From NCBI GenBank assembly GCA_963741955.1, contig CAVUKB010000007.1, forward strand, positions 128,001 through 192,000: a stretch of 64,000 nt of DNA, read 5' to 3'. The translations under genes and the position numbers were made by a program. Under the pieces are notes generated by a model. That model was not told where the DNA came from. It ran no database searches and worked only from the letters and a program-made list of their open reading frames with translations. Each line of letters starts with the position of its first letter. Position 1 is the stretch's first letter. Below, piece after piece: positions 1 through 11,310 of this stretch. Source of the stretch: an uncultured Acidobacteriota bacterium. GTDB lineage: Bacteria > Acidobacteriota > Thermoanaerobaculia > Gp7-AA8.

Positions 1-64
1 ACGGATGGGGCCGTGCAGATGAACCCGTGCGGCGTCGAAGCGTACGAATCCGTTCAGGAGGCGA

Positions 65-688
65 GTGATGAGACGATTGGTCCTGGTCGCTGCCGCTTTC
101 ATGCTCCTCGGGGGCGTCGCAGCGGTCGCCCAGACGGAACCCGAGCCCTCTCCCGATCCTGGTGTCCCTGCGAAGCTGGCAGAGGCGTATCAGAACGAGC
201 TCGATGCGAACGCGCGATATCTCGCGTTTGCGGCGAAGGCCGATGAAGAGGGTTACACCACCCTCGCCAGCTTCTTCCGCGCGGCGGGAGCGGCGGAGAA
301 GGTTCACGCCTCGATCTTCGCCAAGATGATCAGGGAGCGCGGCGGGAAGGCCGAAGCCACGGCAGCAGCTCCGGAGGTCGGAGCGACTGCCGAGAACCTG
401 GCGGCGGCAATCCAGGCGGAGGTGGCCGAGCGCGACGCGATCTACCGCCGGCTCTCGGCCGCCTTACGGAGCGCGGCGGACGAAAAGGCTGCGGATCTGG
501 TGGAGAAGATTCGAGGGGCGGAGGTCGAGCACGCGAACACTCTTCTCGATGCGAGCCGGCGGCTCGAGGAGCTCAGAAGCGGGCCCAGGACGTGGTACGT
601 CTGTTCGGGTTGCGGATTCACGACCGATCTGAAACTCCCGAAGTGCCTCAATTGCCCGGCGCGGGGGAAGTGGATCACGGTGAAGTGA
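65..688 (+). CDS. Rubrerythrin-family protein with N-terminal signal peptide
   Basis: Ferritin-like diiron motifs (NELDANARY, AEKVH, AEVAE, AEVEH); C-terminal rubredoxin-like CSGC...CLNC; N-terminus MMRRLVLVAAAFMLLGGVAAVAQ looks like a signal peptide. Confidence 0.85.
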   Translation: MMRRLVLVAAAFMLLGGVAAVAQTEPEPSPDPGVPAKLAEAYQNELDANARYLAFAAKADEEGYTTLASFFRAAGAAEKVHASIFAKMIRERGGKAEATAAAPEVGATAENLAAAIQAEVAERDAIYRRLSAALRSAADEKAADLVEKIRGAEVEHANTLLDASRRLEELRSGPRTWYVCSGCGFTTDLKLPKCLNCPARGKWITVK

Positions 689-855
689 CCAGGAGTCTGC
701 GCGGTAGAAACTCTCCTACTGCGAAAGCGGATCAACGGTCCAACTCCGCCCGGATTTTCGGCGAGTAGCCACCGCTACGCACCTCAAATCCGAACGAATT
801 TGGCCTCGTTGCTCCGCTTTCTCGCTACGGACGTTTCTATCGCGCAGACTCCTGG
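689..855. mobile_element. MITE-like element A (167 bp, 23-bp terminal inverted repeats)
   Basis: ccaggagtctgcgcggtagaaac (689-711) is the reverse complement of gtttctatcgcgcagactcctgg (833-855) with 1 mismatch; interior is also partly self-complementary; no credible coding. Confidence 0.7.
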
Positions 856-1032
856 CCCGCATTTCTCACACCATCTCTGCTGCGGAGCCGGAGAGCGGCC
901 TGTCTGCTGCGTTGCGCCCGCTTCGGCTCCTCAACAGAGTCACTACCATGCCTTCGTCGCCGAAGCGGGGCGCGCCCTGCATCCAGGCCACTCTCCGCCT
1001 CCTCGCGACGAGATGGTGTGAGAAATGCGGGC
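855..1032. mobile_element. MITE-like element B (178 bp, perfect 23-bp terminal inverted repeats)
   Basis: gcccgcatttctcacaccatctc (855-877) pairs with gagatggtgtgagaaatgcgggc (1010-1032); internal arms gcgcccgcttcggc / gccgaagcggggcgc extend the hairpin. Confidence 0.7.
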
Positions 1033-1098
1033 TCGACGAGAGCCGAACAGCAGCAGCTCGACTGCACGAGACGACTGCGCGGCTGCGGAGCCCGAACG

Positions 1099-2322
1099 TC
1101 AGAGCGTCCTCAAAGCCTCCAGCAGCCGGTCGACTTCCTCCCGGGTGTTGTACATCGAGAATCCGGTCCGAACGAGACCGCCATGGCTGTTGATCCCGAG
1201 GATCTCGACCGGACGCCGGGCGTAGAAGTCGCCGCTCCAGACTGCGATCCCTTTCGACGCCAGCTTTTCCGCGACGTCGTCGGACGGCATTCCATCCACC
1301 GTGATCGAGACTGTCGGAGCCCGCCGAGTCGATGTGAAGTCCTGACCCCAGACCTTCACTCCGGCGATGCTGCGGACATTCTCGTGGTAGTACGCCGCGA
1401 GCTCGTGCTCCCATCCGCCGATCTGCTCGAGTGCGCTCACGACCCGACTCCGAAGCTCTTTCCCCTCTCCCCACGCCGCGATGTACTCGACGGCAGCCTT
1501 CACTCCGCCGATCGCGGCATGGTTCAGCGTTCCGGTCTCGATGCGTTCCGGCGCGTGCGGTTCCTGGGTGATCAGGCGGTCGGTAGGGATCTCGTCGAGA
1601 AGCCCGGGACGGCTGTAGAGGATGCCCACATGTGGACCGTAGAATTTGTATGCCGAACAGAGGAGAAAGTCGGGATCGAGCTCCGTCACGTCGATCGGGA
1701 AGTGCGGTGCGTAGTGGACCGCATCGACCAGGAGCCATGCTCCGGCCTCGCGTGAGAGCCGTCGTGCGAGCGCGACGTCGTTGACGGTGCCGAGCGCGTT
1801 CGAAGCCCAACCGAGCGCGACGAGCTTCGCATTCTTCGTGATCTGGCGCGCCATCTCTTCCGGATCGAGTGTGCCATCCGGACGGAGCGCGATCTCGCGG
1901 ATCACTGCGCCGCTCTCGATGAGGAGCCGCCAGGGACCGCGGTTCGCTTCGTGATCGAGTGCGGAGATCACCACTTCGTCGCCTTCGCCGATCAGGCGCG
2001 AGAGCGCGTGGGCGAGAGAGAAGGAGAGCGTGGTCATGTTCTGACCGAACGAGATGCTCCTCCGCTCTTTGGCACCGAGGAATGTCGCGACCGTGTCGCG
2101 GGCGGAGGAGATCAGTGCGTCGCTCTCGCGGCTGGTGAGAAACGCTCCGTGCGTATTCGCGTTCCGGTTCCGGTACACGTCACTGATCGCGTCGATCACC
2201 TGATTCGGGACCTGCGTTCCCGCGGGCCCGTCGAGATACGCCAGTGGCCGTCCGTTCACCTCACGAGCGAGAGAAGGAAAGTCGTTGCGTGCGCGCCGCG
2301 CCTCGTTTTCACCGTAAGCCAT
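1099..2322 (-). CDS. Cysteine desulfurase-like class V PLP aminotransferase (VC1184-type subfamily)
   Basis: YLDGPAGTQVP, DHEAN, VDAVH, CSAYKFYGPHVG (PLP lysine), ETGTLN. Confidence 0.88.
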   Translation of the reverse strand: MAYGENEARRARNDFPSLAREVNGRPLAYLDGPAGTQVPNQVIDAISDVYRNRNANTHGAFLTSRESDALISSARDTVATFLGAKERRSISFGQNMTTLSFSLAHALSRLIGEGDEVVISALDHEANRGPWRLLIESGAVIREIALRPDGTLDPEEMARQITKNAKLVALGWASNALGTVNDVALARRLSREAGAWLLVDAVHYAPHFPIDVTELDPDFLLCSAYKFYGPHVGILYSRPGLLDEIPTDRLITQEPHAPERIETGTLNHAAIGGVKAAVEYIAAWGEGKELRSRVVSALEQIGGWEHELAAYYHENVRSIAGVKVWGQDFTSTRRAPTVSITVDGMPSDDVAEKLASKGIAVWSGDFYARRPVEILGINSHGGLVRTGFSMYNTREEVDRLLEALRTL

Positions 2323-2337
2323 GCGTCACCTCGATCG

Positions 2338-3597
2338 TCATTGTGCGAGCCCGGCCATCTGTACGCCGAGCACGAGGACCTTCTGTATTCCGTGATAGAG
2401 CGGCTCGATCGCGCAGTTCTCGTCGAGCGAGTGCGATCCGCGGCACGGCCCGACGCCGGTCGAGATTGCAGAGATTCCGTGACGCAGAGCGACTCCGGCG
2501 TGGTTCGACCCGTTCGCGCTCATGTGCGGCTGATGGTATCCGAGCGCTTCGAACACCGCCTCTGCGGTTCGCACCAGAGGCGAGAAGCGCTGTCCGGGGA
2601 CCATCGCCACCTTCCGCCGGCTCACCTGGTCGATGCGGAACTGGAGGCCGGAACGCCGGGATTCATCCGAGACGACCCGCCGGATCTCGCCGTCGATCCG
2701 TGCGAGATCGGCATCGTGCATCACGCGGATGTCGACCGAGCACCACGCGTCGGCAGCCTTCGCGTTCGGGACGGAAGAGCCGGAGAGCATTCCCACGTTG
2801 AGGCGCGCCGTCTGCGGAAGCCGGATCCTGTCGAATCGCTCGATGGAGCGCGCGAGAGGAATGGTTGCGGAGAGAGGCGGTACGTGGGCGAGGGTGTGAC
2901 CGCCCGGTCCCAGAAAATGGATCCGGAGCTCTTCACTGCCGATCCCCGCCCAGGTGAAGCTGTTGTCGCCTCCGTCGAGGGCGATGAGGAAGTCGGGCCG
3001 GATCGACCCTTGCTCGAGGAAATGAGTCATCCCGCCGAAGTTCGACTCTTCCTGCACCGTGAACGTGAAGACGATATTGCCGCGGGTCTCGACCCCAGCG
3101 GCATCGAGGGCGCGGGCGATGGCGAGAAGCGCTTCGACGTTCCGCGTGTCGTCGCCGACTCCGGGGGCGTAGAGACGTCCGTCGCGTATCTCGGTATGGA
3201 TCTCGAGTCCCGGCTCGAACACCGTATCGAGATGCGCGTCGATGACCACGGTCGGACCGTCACCGATGCCTTTGCGAACCGCGATGATGTTTCCAGCGTC
3301 GTCGCGCGAGACCTCGAGGGAACGGATCTCGCGAAGACGCTGCTCGATTGCAGCGGCGCGCATCGCTTCGTGCCCGGAAGGAGCGTTGATCTCGGTCAGA
3401 GTGCGCCACTCCGCGAGGATGTCGTCATGATGCGCGTCGATCCATCCGAGAGCCTTCGTGACCGAAGGCTGTGCGACCGTCGCTTCGACCTCTGCGATGG
3501 TGCGGGGATCGGGCGGCGGCACGGCGAGGCGGGCACTGCGCGTCGTGGTGCAGGCCGAAGTGATCAGGAGAAGTGTGACGAGAGCGAGACGTTTCAT
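2338..3597 (-). CDS. M20/M25/M40 family metallopeptidase, lipoprotein
   Basis: APSGHE, DAHLDTV, GVGDD, QEE motifs; start moved to MKRLAL, lipobox ITSAC. Confidence 0.85.
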   Translation of the reverse strand: MKRLALVTLLLITSACTTTRSARLAVPPPDPRTIAEVEATVAQPSVTKALGWIDAHHDDILAEWRTLTEINAPSGHEAMRAAAIEQRLREIRSLEVSRDDAGNIIAVRKGIGDGPTVVIDAHLDTVFEPGLEIHTEIRDGRLYAPGVGDDTRNVEALLAIARALDAAGVETRGNIVFTFTVQEESNFGGMTHFLEQGSIRPDFLIALDGGDNSFTWAGIGSEELRIHFLGPGGHTLAHVPPLSATIPLARSIERFDRIRLPQTARLNVGMLSGSSVPNAKAADAWCSVDIRVMHDADLARIDGEIRRVVSDESRRSGLQFRIDQVSRRKVAMVPGQRFSPLVRTAEAVFEALGYHQPHMSANGSNHAGVALRHGISAISTGVGPCRGSHSLDENCAIEPLYHGIQKVLVLGVQMAGLAQ

Positions 3598-3702
3598 CGG
3601 TAATCCGGACCAGCAGTGCTCGGTGGATACTGACACAATCCGAAGCAATCCGCGGAGACGGGACTGCAACGAATCGGTTCAGCGTGGACTCGCCGGTACG
3701 CG

Positions 3703-4866
3703 CTATTTGCCGTCGTATGTGATCCGGTAGATCGCGCCCGCGTGATCGTCGGAGACGAGGAGCGCACCATCCGGCATGACCTGAACGTCGACCGGACGCC
3801 CCCATGCCGAGCTTCCTTTCAGCCATCCCGTGGCGAAAGGTCGATATGAAACGGCCTTCGTTCCGTCGAGCCGCACCAGCGAGACGCGGTAGCCGATCTT
3901 CCTGCTCCGATTCCACGAGCCGTGCTCCGCGATGAAGATCTGGTTCCTGTATTCGGGAGGGAACATCGTGCCGGTGTAGAAGCGCATCCCGAGAGCGGCG
4001 ACATGCGGCCCGAGCTTCCGGGCCGGAGCGACGTACTTCGAGCAGTCGTGTCCTGCTCCGAACTTCGGATCGCTGATGTCACCGGCGTGACAGTACGGGA
4101 AGCCGAAGTGCAGATCCTTCTCCGGAGCGCGATTCAGCTCGTCCGGCGGCCGGTCGTCACCGAGCCAGTCACGGCCGTTGTCGGTGAACCAGAGGACGTG
4201 CGTCGCGGGGTTCCAGTCGAAACCGACGCTGTTGCGTACTCCGCGCGCGAAGATCTCGAATCCGCTGCCGTCGGGCTTCATCCGGGTGATGGTGCCGAAA
4301 AGAGGATCGTCCGGCTCGCAGACGTTGCACGGCATCCCGATCGGAACGTAGAGAAGCCCGTCCGGCCCGAACGCGATGAACTTCCAGCCGTGCGCGCTCC
4401 GGTTCGGAAGGCGCGAGGTGACCACGACCGGCTTCGGTGGATCGTCGAGGTGCTTCTCGATCTCATCGAGCCGGAGAATGCGCGAGACCTCCACAATGTA
4501 GAGGGATCCGTCGCGGAACGCGACGCCATTCGGCATGTGCAGTCCCGAGGCGATGGTGACGACCCGATCCCCTTTCCCGTCGCGGTTCCGGTCCGGGATG
4601 GCGTAGACCTTACCGATGCCGCGCGTTCCGACGAAGAGTGTTCCCGAAGGGGCGACGGTCATCGAGCGTGCGCCCGGAACATTCGACGCGTACAGCGAGA
4701 TGTGAAACCCGGGGGGGAGCTGGATCCGGTCGAGAGGAGGATCGCTCGAGGCAGGACTGGCGCCGCTGCGCGCGCCGCAGCTGGCCACGAGGACGAGAGC
4801 GGAGAGGACCAGCAGTGCGCTCGAGAGCCGTCTGATCCGAGAAATGCCGTGAATCCCGCGTCGCAT
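3703..4866 (-). CDS. Sorbosone/PQQ-dependent sugar dehydrogenase family beta-propeller lipoprotein
   Basis: LPPGFHISLYA, HGWKFIAFGPDG, RGVRNSVG, HGSWNR, GRPVDV; SD aggaggt before ATG 4866; lipobox VASC. Confidence 0.88.
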   Translation of the reverse strand: MRRGIHGISRIRRLSSALLVLSALVLVASCGARSGASPASSDPPLDRIQLPPGFHISLYASNVPGARSMTVAPSGTLFVGTRGIGKVYAIPDRNRDGKGDRVVTIASGLHMPNGVAFRDGSLYIVEVSRILRLDEIEKHLDDPPKPVVVTSRLPNRSAHGWKFIAFGPDGLLYVPIGMPCNVCEPDDPLFGTITRMKPDGSGFEIFARGVRNSVGFDWNPATHVLWFTDNGRDWLGDDRPPDELNRAPEKDLHFGFPYCHAGDISDPKFGAGHDCSKYVAPARKLGPHVAALGMRFYTGTMFPPEYRNQIFIAEHGSWNRSRKIGYRVSLVRLDGTKAVSYRPFATGWLKGSSAWGRPVDVQVMPDGALLVSDDHAGAIYRITYDGK

Positions 4867-5011
4867 GTAAACCTCCTGATCTGCCTCCGGCGCGACGTAG
4901 CGTGCAAACCACCCGCCGCGCGCCGGAATCATGATCGTGGTCGAGAAACCGGAGAATCCGGCAGCCGAGTCGTCGTGATGACAGGTCCCGAAGCGACCGC
5001 GCAGTCATTGG

Positions 5012-6538
5012 CTAACGGCGTGACCCTCCGAGAATCCCTCCGAGCACTCCGCGCATGATCTGCCGTCCGAGCTGGCTCCCCACGCTCCGCGCCGCCTGCT
5101 TCGCCAGCGTCTCGACCATTCCCTGCCGCCGGCCCGTTCCCCACAGCAGCTTCCCGAACAGACTCGGCTCTCCTCCCGCGGGGGGTTCCGCAGGTCCCTG
5201 CTGCCGCGGCAAGGATCGAGGCTCCTCCGGCCGGGGAGAGGAGGGTGACGCGGGGGCACTTTTCTCTTCCGTACGCCGCGTCAGGATCTCGTACGCCGAC
5301 TCCCGGTTCACCGAGACGTCGTAGCGAGGACCGATCGGGCTGCGCGCGCGCACCGCCTCACGTTCCTCGGGAGTGATCGATCCCATCCGGCAGCGCGGCG
5401 GGGAGACCAGGGTCCGCTGCACCGGCATCGGGATTCCCTTCTCCTGCAGGGTGGAAACGAGCGCTTCGCCGACGCCGAGCTGAGAGATCACCTCAGCGAC
5501 ATTGAGCTTCGGATTGCTCACGAACGTCTCCGCCGCGGTTCGCACCGCCTTCTGATCTCTCGGTGTGTAAGCACGTAGAGCGTGCTGGAAGCGGTTGCCG
5601 AGCTGACCGAGGATGTCATTGGGGACGTCGTCGGGGAACTGGGAGCAGAAATAGACTCCCACTCCCTTCGAGCGGATGATTCGCACGACCTGTTCGACCT
5701 GTTGCAGCAGGGCCGGCGGTGCATCATCGAACAACAGATGCGCTTCGTCGAAGAAGAACACCAGCCGCGGCTTGTCGAGGTCACCCACCTCGGGGAGGGT
5801 CTCGAACAGCTCCGAAAGAAGCCACAGAAGAAAGCTCGAGTAGAGGCGCGGCTTCAGGATCAGCTTGTCCGCGGCGAGGATGTTCACGATCCCGCGTCCG
5901 GTGAGGTCGGTCCGGAGAAGGTCTTTCAGGTCGAGAGCCGGTTCGCCGAAGAGACCTTCGCCCCCTTCGCGCTCGAGTGCGAGGAGAGCGCGCTGGATCG
6001 CCGCGACGGATTGCGTGCTGACCAGGCCGTACTGAGTCGAGATCTCTTTCCGATGATCCGCGACGAAAGAAAGGAGAGCGCGGAGGTCGTCGAGATCGAG
6101 GAGCAGCAGTCCCTGGTCGTCGGCGAGCTTGAACGCGATCTCGAGCACTCCGGCCTGAGTGTCGTTGACCTCCAGCATCCGGCCGAGAAGGCGCGGTCCG
6201 ATCTCGCTGACGGTCGTGCGGACCGGATGTCCGGCCTTTCCGAGGACGTCCCAGAAGACCACCGGGCTCGCTTCGTTGACGTAGCCGTCGATGCCGATGT
6301 CGGCCACGCGCTTCTGAATCTTGTCGTTGCTCGTCCCGGCCATCGCGAGTCCCGAGACGTCGCCCTTCACGTCCGCCATGAAGACCGGAACGCCCATCCG
6401 CGAGAACCCTTCGGCCAGAACCATCAGGGTGACGGTCTTTCCGGTGCCGGTGGCGCCGGCGACCAGTCCGTGACGGTTCCCGTATTTCCCGAGAAGATGA
6501 ACCGGCCCTTCACCTTTGCCGATCAGAATCTCATCCAC
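5012..6538 (-). CDS. DUF853/YjgR HerA-like P-loop ATPase
   Basis: NRHGLVAGATGTGKT (Walker A), FFFDEAH (Walker B), RSKGVGVYF, QHALRAYTP. Confidence 0.9.
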   Translation of the reverse strand: MDEILIGKGEGPVHLLGKYGNRHGLVAGATGTGKTVTLMVLAEGFSRMGVPVFMADVKGDVSGLAMAGTSNDKIQKRVADIGIDGYVNEASPVVFWDVLGKAGHPVRTTVSEIGPRLLGRMLEVNDTQAGVLEIAFKLADDQGLLLLDLDDLRALLSFVADHRKEISTQYGLVSTQSVAAIQRALLALEREGGEGLFGEPALDLKDLLRTDLTGRGIVNILAADKLILKPRLYSSFLLWLLSELFETLPEVGDLDKPRLVFFFDEAHLLFDDAPPALLQQVEQVVRIIRSKGVGVYFCSQFPDDVPNDILGQLGNRFQHALRAYTPRDQKAVRTAAETFVSNPKLNVAEVISQLGVGEALVSTLQEKGIPMPVQRTLVSPPRCRMGSITPEEREAVRARSPIGPRYDVSVNRESAYEILTRRTEEKSAPASPSSPRPEEPRSLPRQQGPAEPPAGGEPSLFGKLLWGTGRRQGMVETLAKQAARSVGSQLGRQIMRGVLGGILGGSRR

Positions 6539-6663
6539 GCACGACCTCCTCGTCAGACCGCGGAAATGATAGCGCCGAAAGGGGGAACGCCGGTCGGGAT
6601 CTCCGTCCGGCGTGGCCCCTGCCGAGCCGTCGAATGAGCAGGACTCGATGTTCGCTCGTCGAA

Positions 6664-7092
6664 CTACGCAGGGAGTCGTTCGGTCCGGGCCGATTCCGCC
6701 TTGAGGAGATCGCGGATCTCGGCGAGGATCAGCACCTCCTCCGATGGAGCGGGCGGTGCTTTTGGAGCTTCTTCTTTCCGCCTTTTGAGCGCGTTCACCG
6801 TTCTGATCAGGAGGAATACGGCGAAGCCGATGATGATGAAGTCGATCAGCGTCTGGAAGAATTGACCATACGCGATGACGACCGCGGGAGCGTCGGCGGT
6901 GGCCGCTTTGATGGTGACTGCGAGGTCCGAAAAATCGACTCCTCCGAGAAGCACACCGATCGGCGGCATGACGACATCCGCGACGAGTGAGGAGACGATC
7001 TTCCCGAAGGCCGCACCGATGACGATGCCGACCGCCATGTCCACCACGTTCCCTTTGGCGGCGAATTCACGAAACTCTTTCACCATGCTCAT
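6664..7092 (-). CDS. mscL: Large-conductance mechanosensitive channel
   Basis: [39 protein letters not shown]; C-terminal LAEIRDLL. Confidence 0.97.
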   Translation of the reverse strand: MSMVKEFREFAAKGNVVDMAVGIVIGAAFGKIVSSLVADVVMPPIGVLLGGVDFSDLAVTIKAATADAPAVVIAYGQFFQTLIDFIIIGFAVFLLIRTVNALKRRKEEAPKAPPAPSEEVLILAEIRDLLKAESARTERLPA

Positions 7093-7174
7093 ATCCAGCT
7101 CCTCCGGATCGCATTAATCGGGTTCGACCTCAGTATAGGCCGTTGGATGAGTGCGGGGGGAGCGGAGGTGCTTT

Positions 7175-8053
7175 TCAGCGTGATCGCCAGATCGCCCGGG
7201 ATATCTTCGCCACAGTCTTCCGGGCGATCTCCCGCGACTTCGCGTCGTGGGTCATGACCACGAGGATGTACGGCGATGCATCGGGCGGATAGACGATCGC
7301 GGCGTCGTGGTAGATCGCGGTGATCGAGCCGGTCTTGTGCGCGACCTCGACGTTCTTCGGGAGTCCGGCGGGGATTCCTTCGTTGAACTCCTGCCCCTTC
7401 AGGATGTCGATCATCTTCGCCGCGGCGCTCTCCGGGTTCTTGCCTTTCTCCGCGATCCACTGAAGCACGAGCATCATGTCGTACGCCGTGGTGGTGTTGT
7501 TCATTCCGTGCTCGAACGCCTTGATGTCTTCGACCCCGCGCAGGACCTGGATCTCGTTCGCGCCGATCGCGTGCATCCGCGCCATCACTTCCGTCGCCCC
7601 GACCAGCTCGATCAGGTTGTCCGTGGCGAGATTCGAGCTGCGCACGATCATCCGCCGCATCAGTTCGCGGAGAGGCACCTCCTCTCCCAGCATCGAGTAG
7701 AGCTCCTGATCGGAGTCCTCCTTCGGGTCGACCGCGAATGTCGACCCGTCGTAGATGCTCACGAACGAGTTCTTCACCTCCACCGGCTGGTCGAGCGAGA
7801 GCGACCCTTCGTCGATGGCGTGGAAGAGTGCCACCATCACCGGGACCTTCATCGTGCTGGCTGCGTGCATGCTGACGTGCTCGTTCCGCAGCAGTGTCTC
7901 TCCCGTTCCGAGATCGCGATACGCGACGGCGATGGTGCCGATCGGCGCGGAACGGATGATCCCGTCGACCCGCTCGGCCATGGTGGCCGGCTTCGGTTGC
8001 GACGCACAGGCTGCGAGAGAGAGGGAAAGGAGGAGTGGGATGGCGTTGCGCAT
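7175..8053 (-). CDS. Class A beta-lactamase-like serine hydrolase, lipoprotein
   Basis: ASTMK (SxxK), SSN, HKTG; lipobox LAAC after the MRNAIP start. Confidence 0.85.
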   Translation of the reverse strand: MRNAIPLLLSLSLAACASQPKPATMAERVDGIIRSAPIGTIAVAYRDLGTGETLLRNEHVSMHAASTMKVPVMVALFHAIDEGSLSLDQPVEVKNSFVSIYDGSTFAVDPKEDSDQELYSMLGEEVPLRELMRRMIVRSSNLATDNLIELVGATEVMARMHAIGANEIQVLRGVEDIKAFEHGMNNTTTAYDMMLVLQWIAEKGKNPESAAAKMIDILKGQEFNEGIPAGLPKNVEVAHKTGSITAIYHDAAIVYPPDASPYILVVMTHDAKSREIARKTVAKISRAIWRSR

Positions 8054-8169
8054 GACGGGATTGTATGACGAGTGGCGAGCGACGAGTGGCGAGAGTCGGA
8101 CAGCTCGGACAGGTCTCAAAATCGTCTCTTACCGCTCCTGGTGAACCTTTTGCTTGAGTCCTCTCCCGC

Positions 8170-9429
8170 ATGGCTCTGTACGTCAGTAAACGTCTCGAGA
8201 GCGGGTCGATCCGCTTCCGGCTCGATCCTGCCACCGACCCGCAACCGGAGGAGTTCCGCTTCAGCACCGATCCGGCCGGTCAGTTCGCCAGGACGCGCAA
8301 TCACGGGTTCTTCTTCGCCGACCGCAGCGGCAGCGTCGACACGACGTCCGCCGGTTCGCGCCGCCGCTGGCGCGGTCCGCGCCTCGACTGGGGAATCTGG
8401 ACCTGGGCCGCGGTCGTGTTCGGCTTCTTCTTCGCGCTCCTCGGCGTCGCGGTCATCGCGCGTCGCGGGATCCACGGCCTCATCGAGGTGGTGATCGGGA
8501 TCGCGATCATCGTCACGCCGTTCGTCGTCACCGCGAAGCAGCGTCGCGACGAGCGGATCGAGCGAGAGCGCCTCGAAGCCGAGCGCGCGGAGACCGAACG
8601 GCGCAACCGCGAGATCATCGGATCGTTCGCGGCGAAACTCGAGCGACTGGGGAACGGCGAGTCGCCCCGCGATCTCGAAGAGATCCGGAACGAGCGCCGC
8701 TCACGCGACATCCCTTACGATGCCGTCGCACCGATGGCCCGAGCCGCAGTGCTCCGGATCGGATTCCGCGAGCTGGCGGCCTATCCCGGGCGCGGCGCGA
8801 AGGTGATCGCGGAACGGGTCGACGCAGCGGCGGACGCGGTTGGTCTCACCTCCGACGACGCGACGGCGCTGAGAAACGAGCTCTATCGGACCGCGCTCTG
8901 GCACCTCATCGCGGATGGCCGGCTCGACGTTCCGGAGCGGCACGCACTCGACCAGCTCGGGAAGGCTCTGCGGATCGATCCCGGAGCGGTCGAGCTCGAA
9001 GCGCGAGCCGCGGATGAGTTCCAGCGGATCGTCGCACTCCTCGAGAACGGAGCGCCGGAAACGAAGGTCCCCTTCAAGATGCGTCTCCGCGAGACCTGCC
9101 ATCATCACGGACCGGCGACACGGATGCGGAACCAGAAAGAACGGATCTCAGAGAATGGAAAACGCCGAAGGGTCCGGAGGTGGAAGCCCGCGGGAGAATG
9201 CGATCTCTGGGTCACCTCGAGGCGACTGATCCTGAACGGAGCGAAGCACGAAGAGCTCGCTCTGGACGAGGTCGACGACCTCGAGCTCGATGCAGATCAG
9301 AACCTTCTCACCGTGGTCACCGCGGACCCGAATAAGCGCGCTACGCTCTCGACGGAAGAGCCGATGTACACCGCGACGCTGATCGAGCTGCTCGCCCATC
9401 GTGCTCGTCGCATCGCGATGCATTCGTGA
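8170..9429 (+). CDS. Membrane protein with two TM segments, a TerB-like middle and a PH-like C-terminus
   Basis: Long, plausible ORF; two hydrophobic helices; IADGRLDVPERHALDQLGKAL segment; CDLWVTSRRLILNG resembles bacterial PH domains. Confidence 0.65.
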   Translation: MALYVSKRLESGSIRFRLDPATDPQPEEFRFSTDPAGQFARTRNHGFFFADRSGSVDTTSAGSRRRWRGPRLDWGIWTWAAVVFGFFFALLGVAVIARRGIHGLIEVVIGIAIIVTPFVVTAKQRRDERIERERLEAERAETERRNREIIGSFAAKLERLGNGESPRDLEEIRNERRSRDIPYDAVAPMARAAVLRIGFRELAAYPGRGAKVIAERVDAAADAVGLTSDDATALRNELYRTALWHLIADGRLDVPERHALDQLGKALRIDPGAVELEARAADEFQRIVALLENGAPETKVPFKMRLRETCHHHGPATRMRNQKERISENGKRRRVRRWKPAGECDLWVTSRRLILNGAKHEELALDEVDDLELDADQNLLTVVTADPNKRATLSTEEPMYTATLIELLAHRARRIAMHS

Positions 9430-9600
9430 GAGCCCGGAGGGCATTCGCAGGCACCCGGATCTGTTAGAATCCACCGTCCGCAGGGCTCCTGCCGGCCGCT
9501 CCGGTTCCGGGCGGGCGTGTCGAGTCCGGCCGCGGATCCGGGCAGGTGAGTCCCTCCGGGATTCTTCATACGACAGATCTGACGCAAGGAGTTTCACTCG

Positions 9601-11100
<1,500 letters not shown>

Positions 11101-11310
11101 GCTTCGTTGCGCCGGAACGATGCCGGCGTCCCGCGGCGAAATTGTCAGGAGCTTCGATCGAGTGTGGCGGTGCGAGACGCCGCCACGCATCGGCCGAAAC
11201 GTTCGACCTCGAGGCGAAAGGCACCGGCTCCGGAGATGCTCCTGCGGCCCGAGCTCGCCGGACCGGCTACAATAGAACCTTCGTGTTTGCGGCACGAGAC
11301 AGGAGGTGCG

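Noticed and set aside
5012-6538. HerA-like ATPase as an anti-phage system
   Set aside because: It is the widespread DUF853/YjgR type with no adjacent nuclease or SIR2 partner.
9430-9600. Possible SAH or SAM riboswitch upstream of ahcY
   Set aside because: GC-rich hairpins are present, but I could not find the conserved SAH riboswitch core; a covariance-model search is needed.
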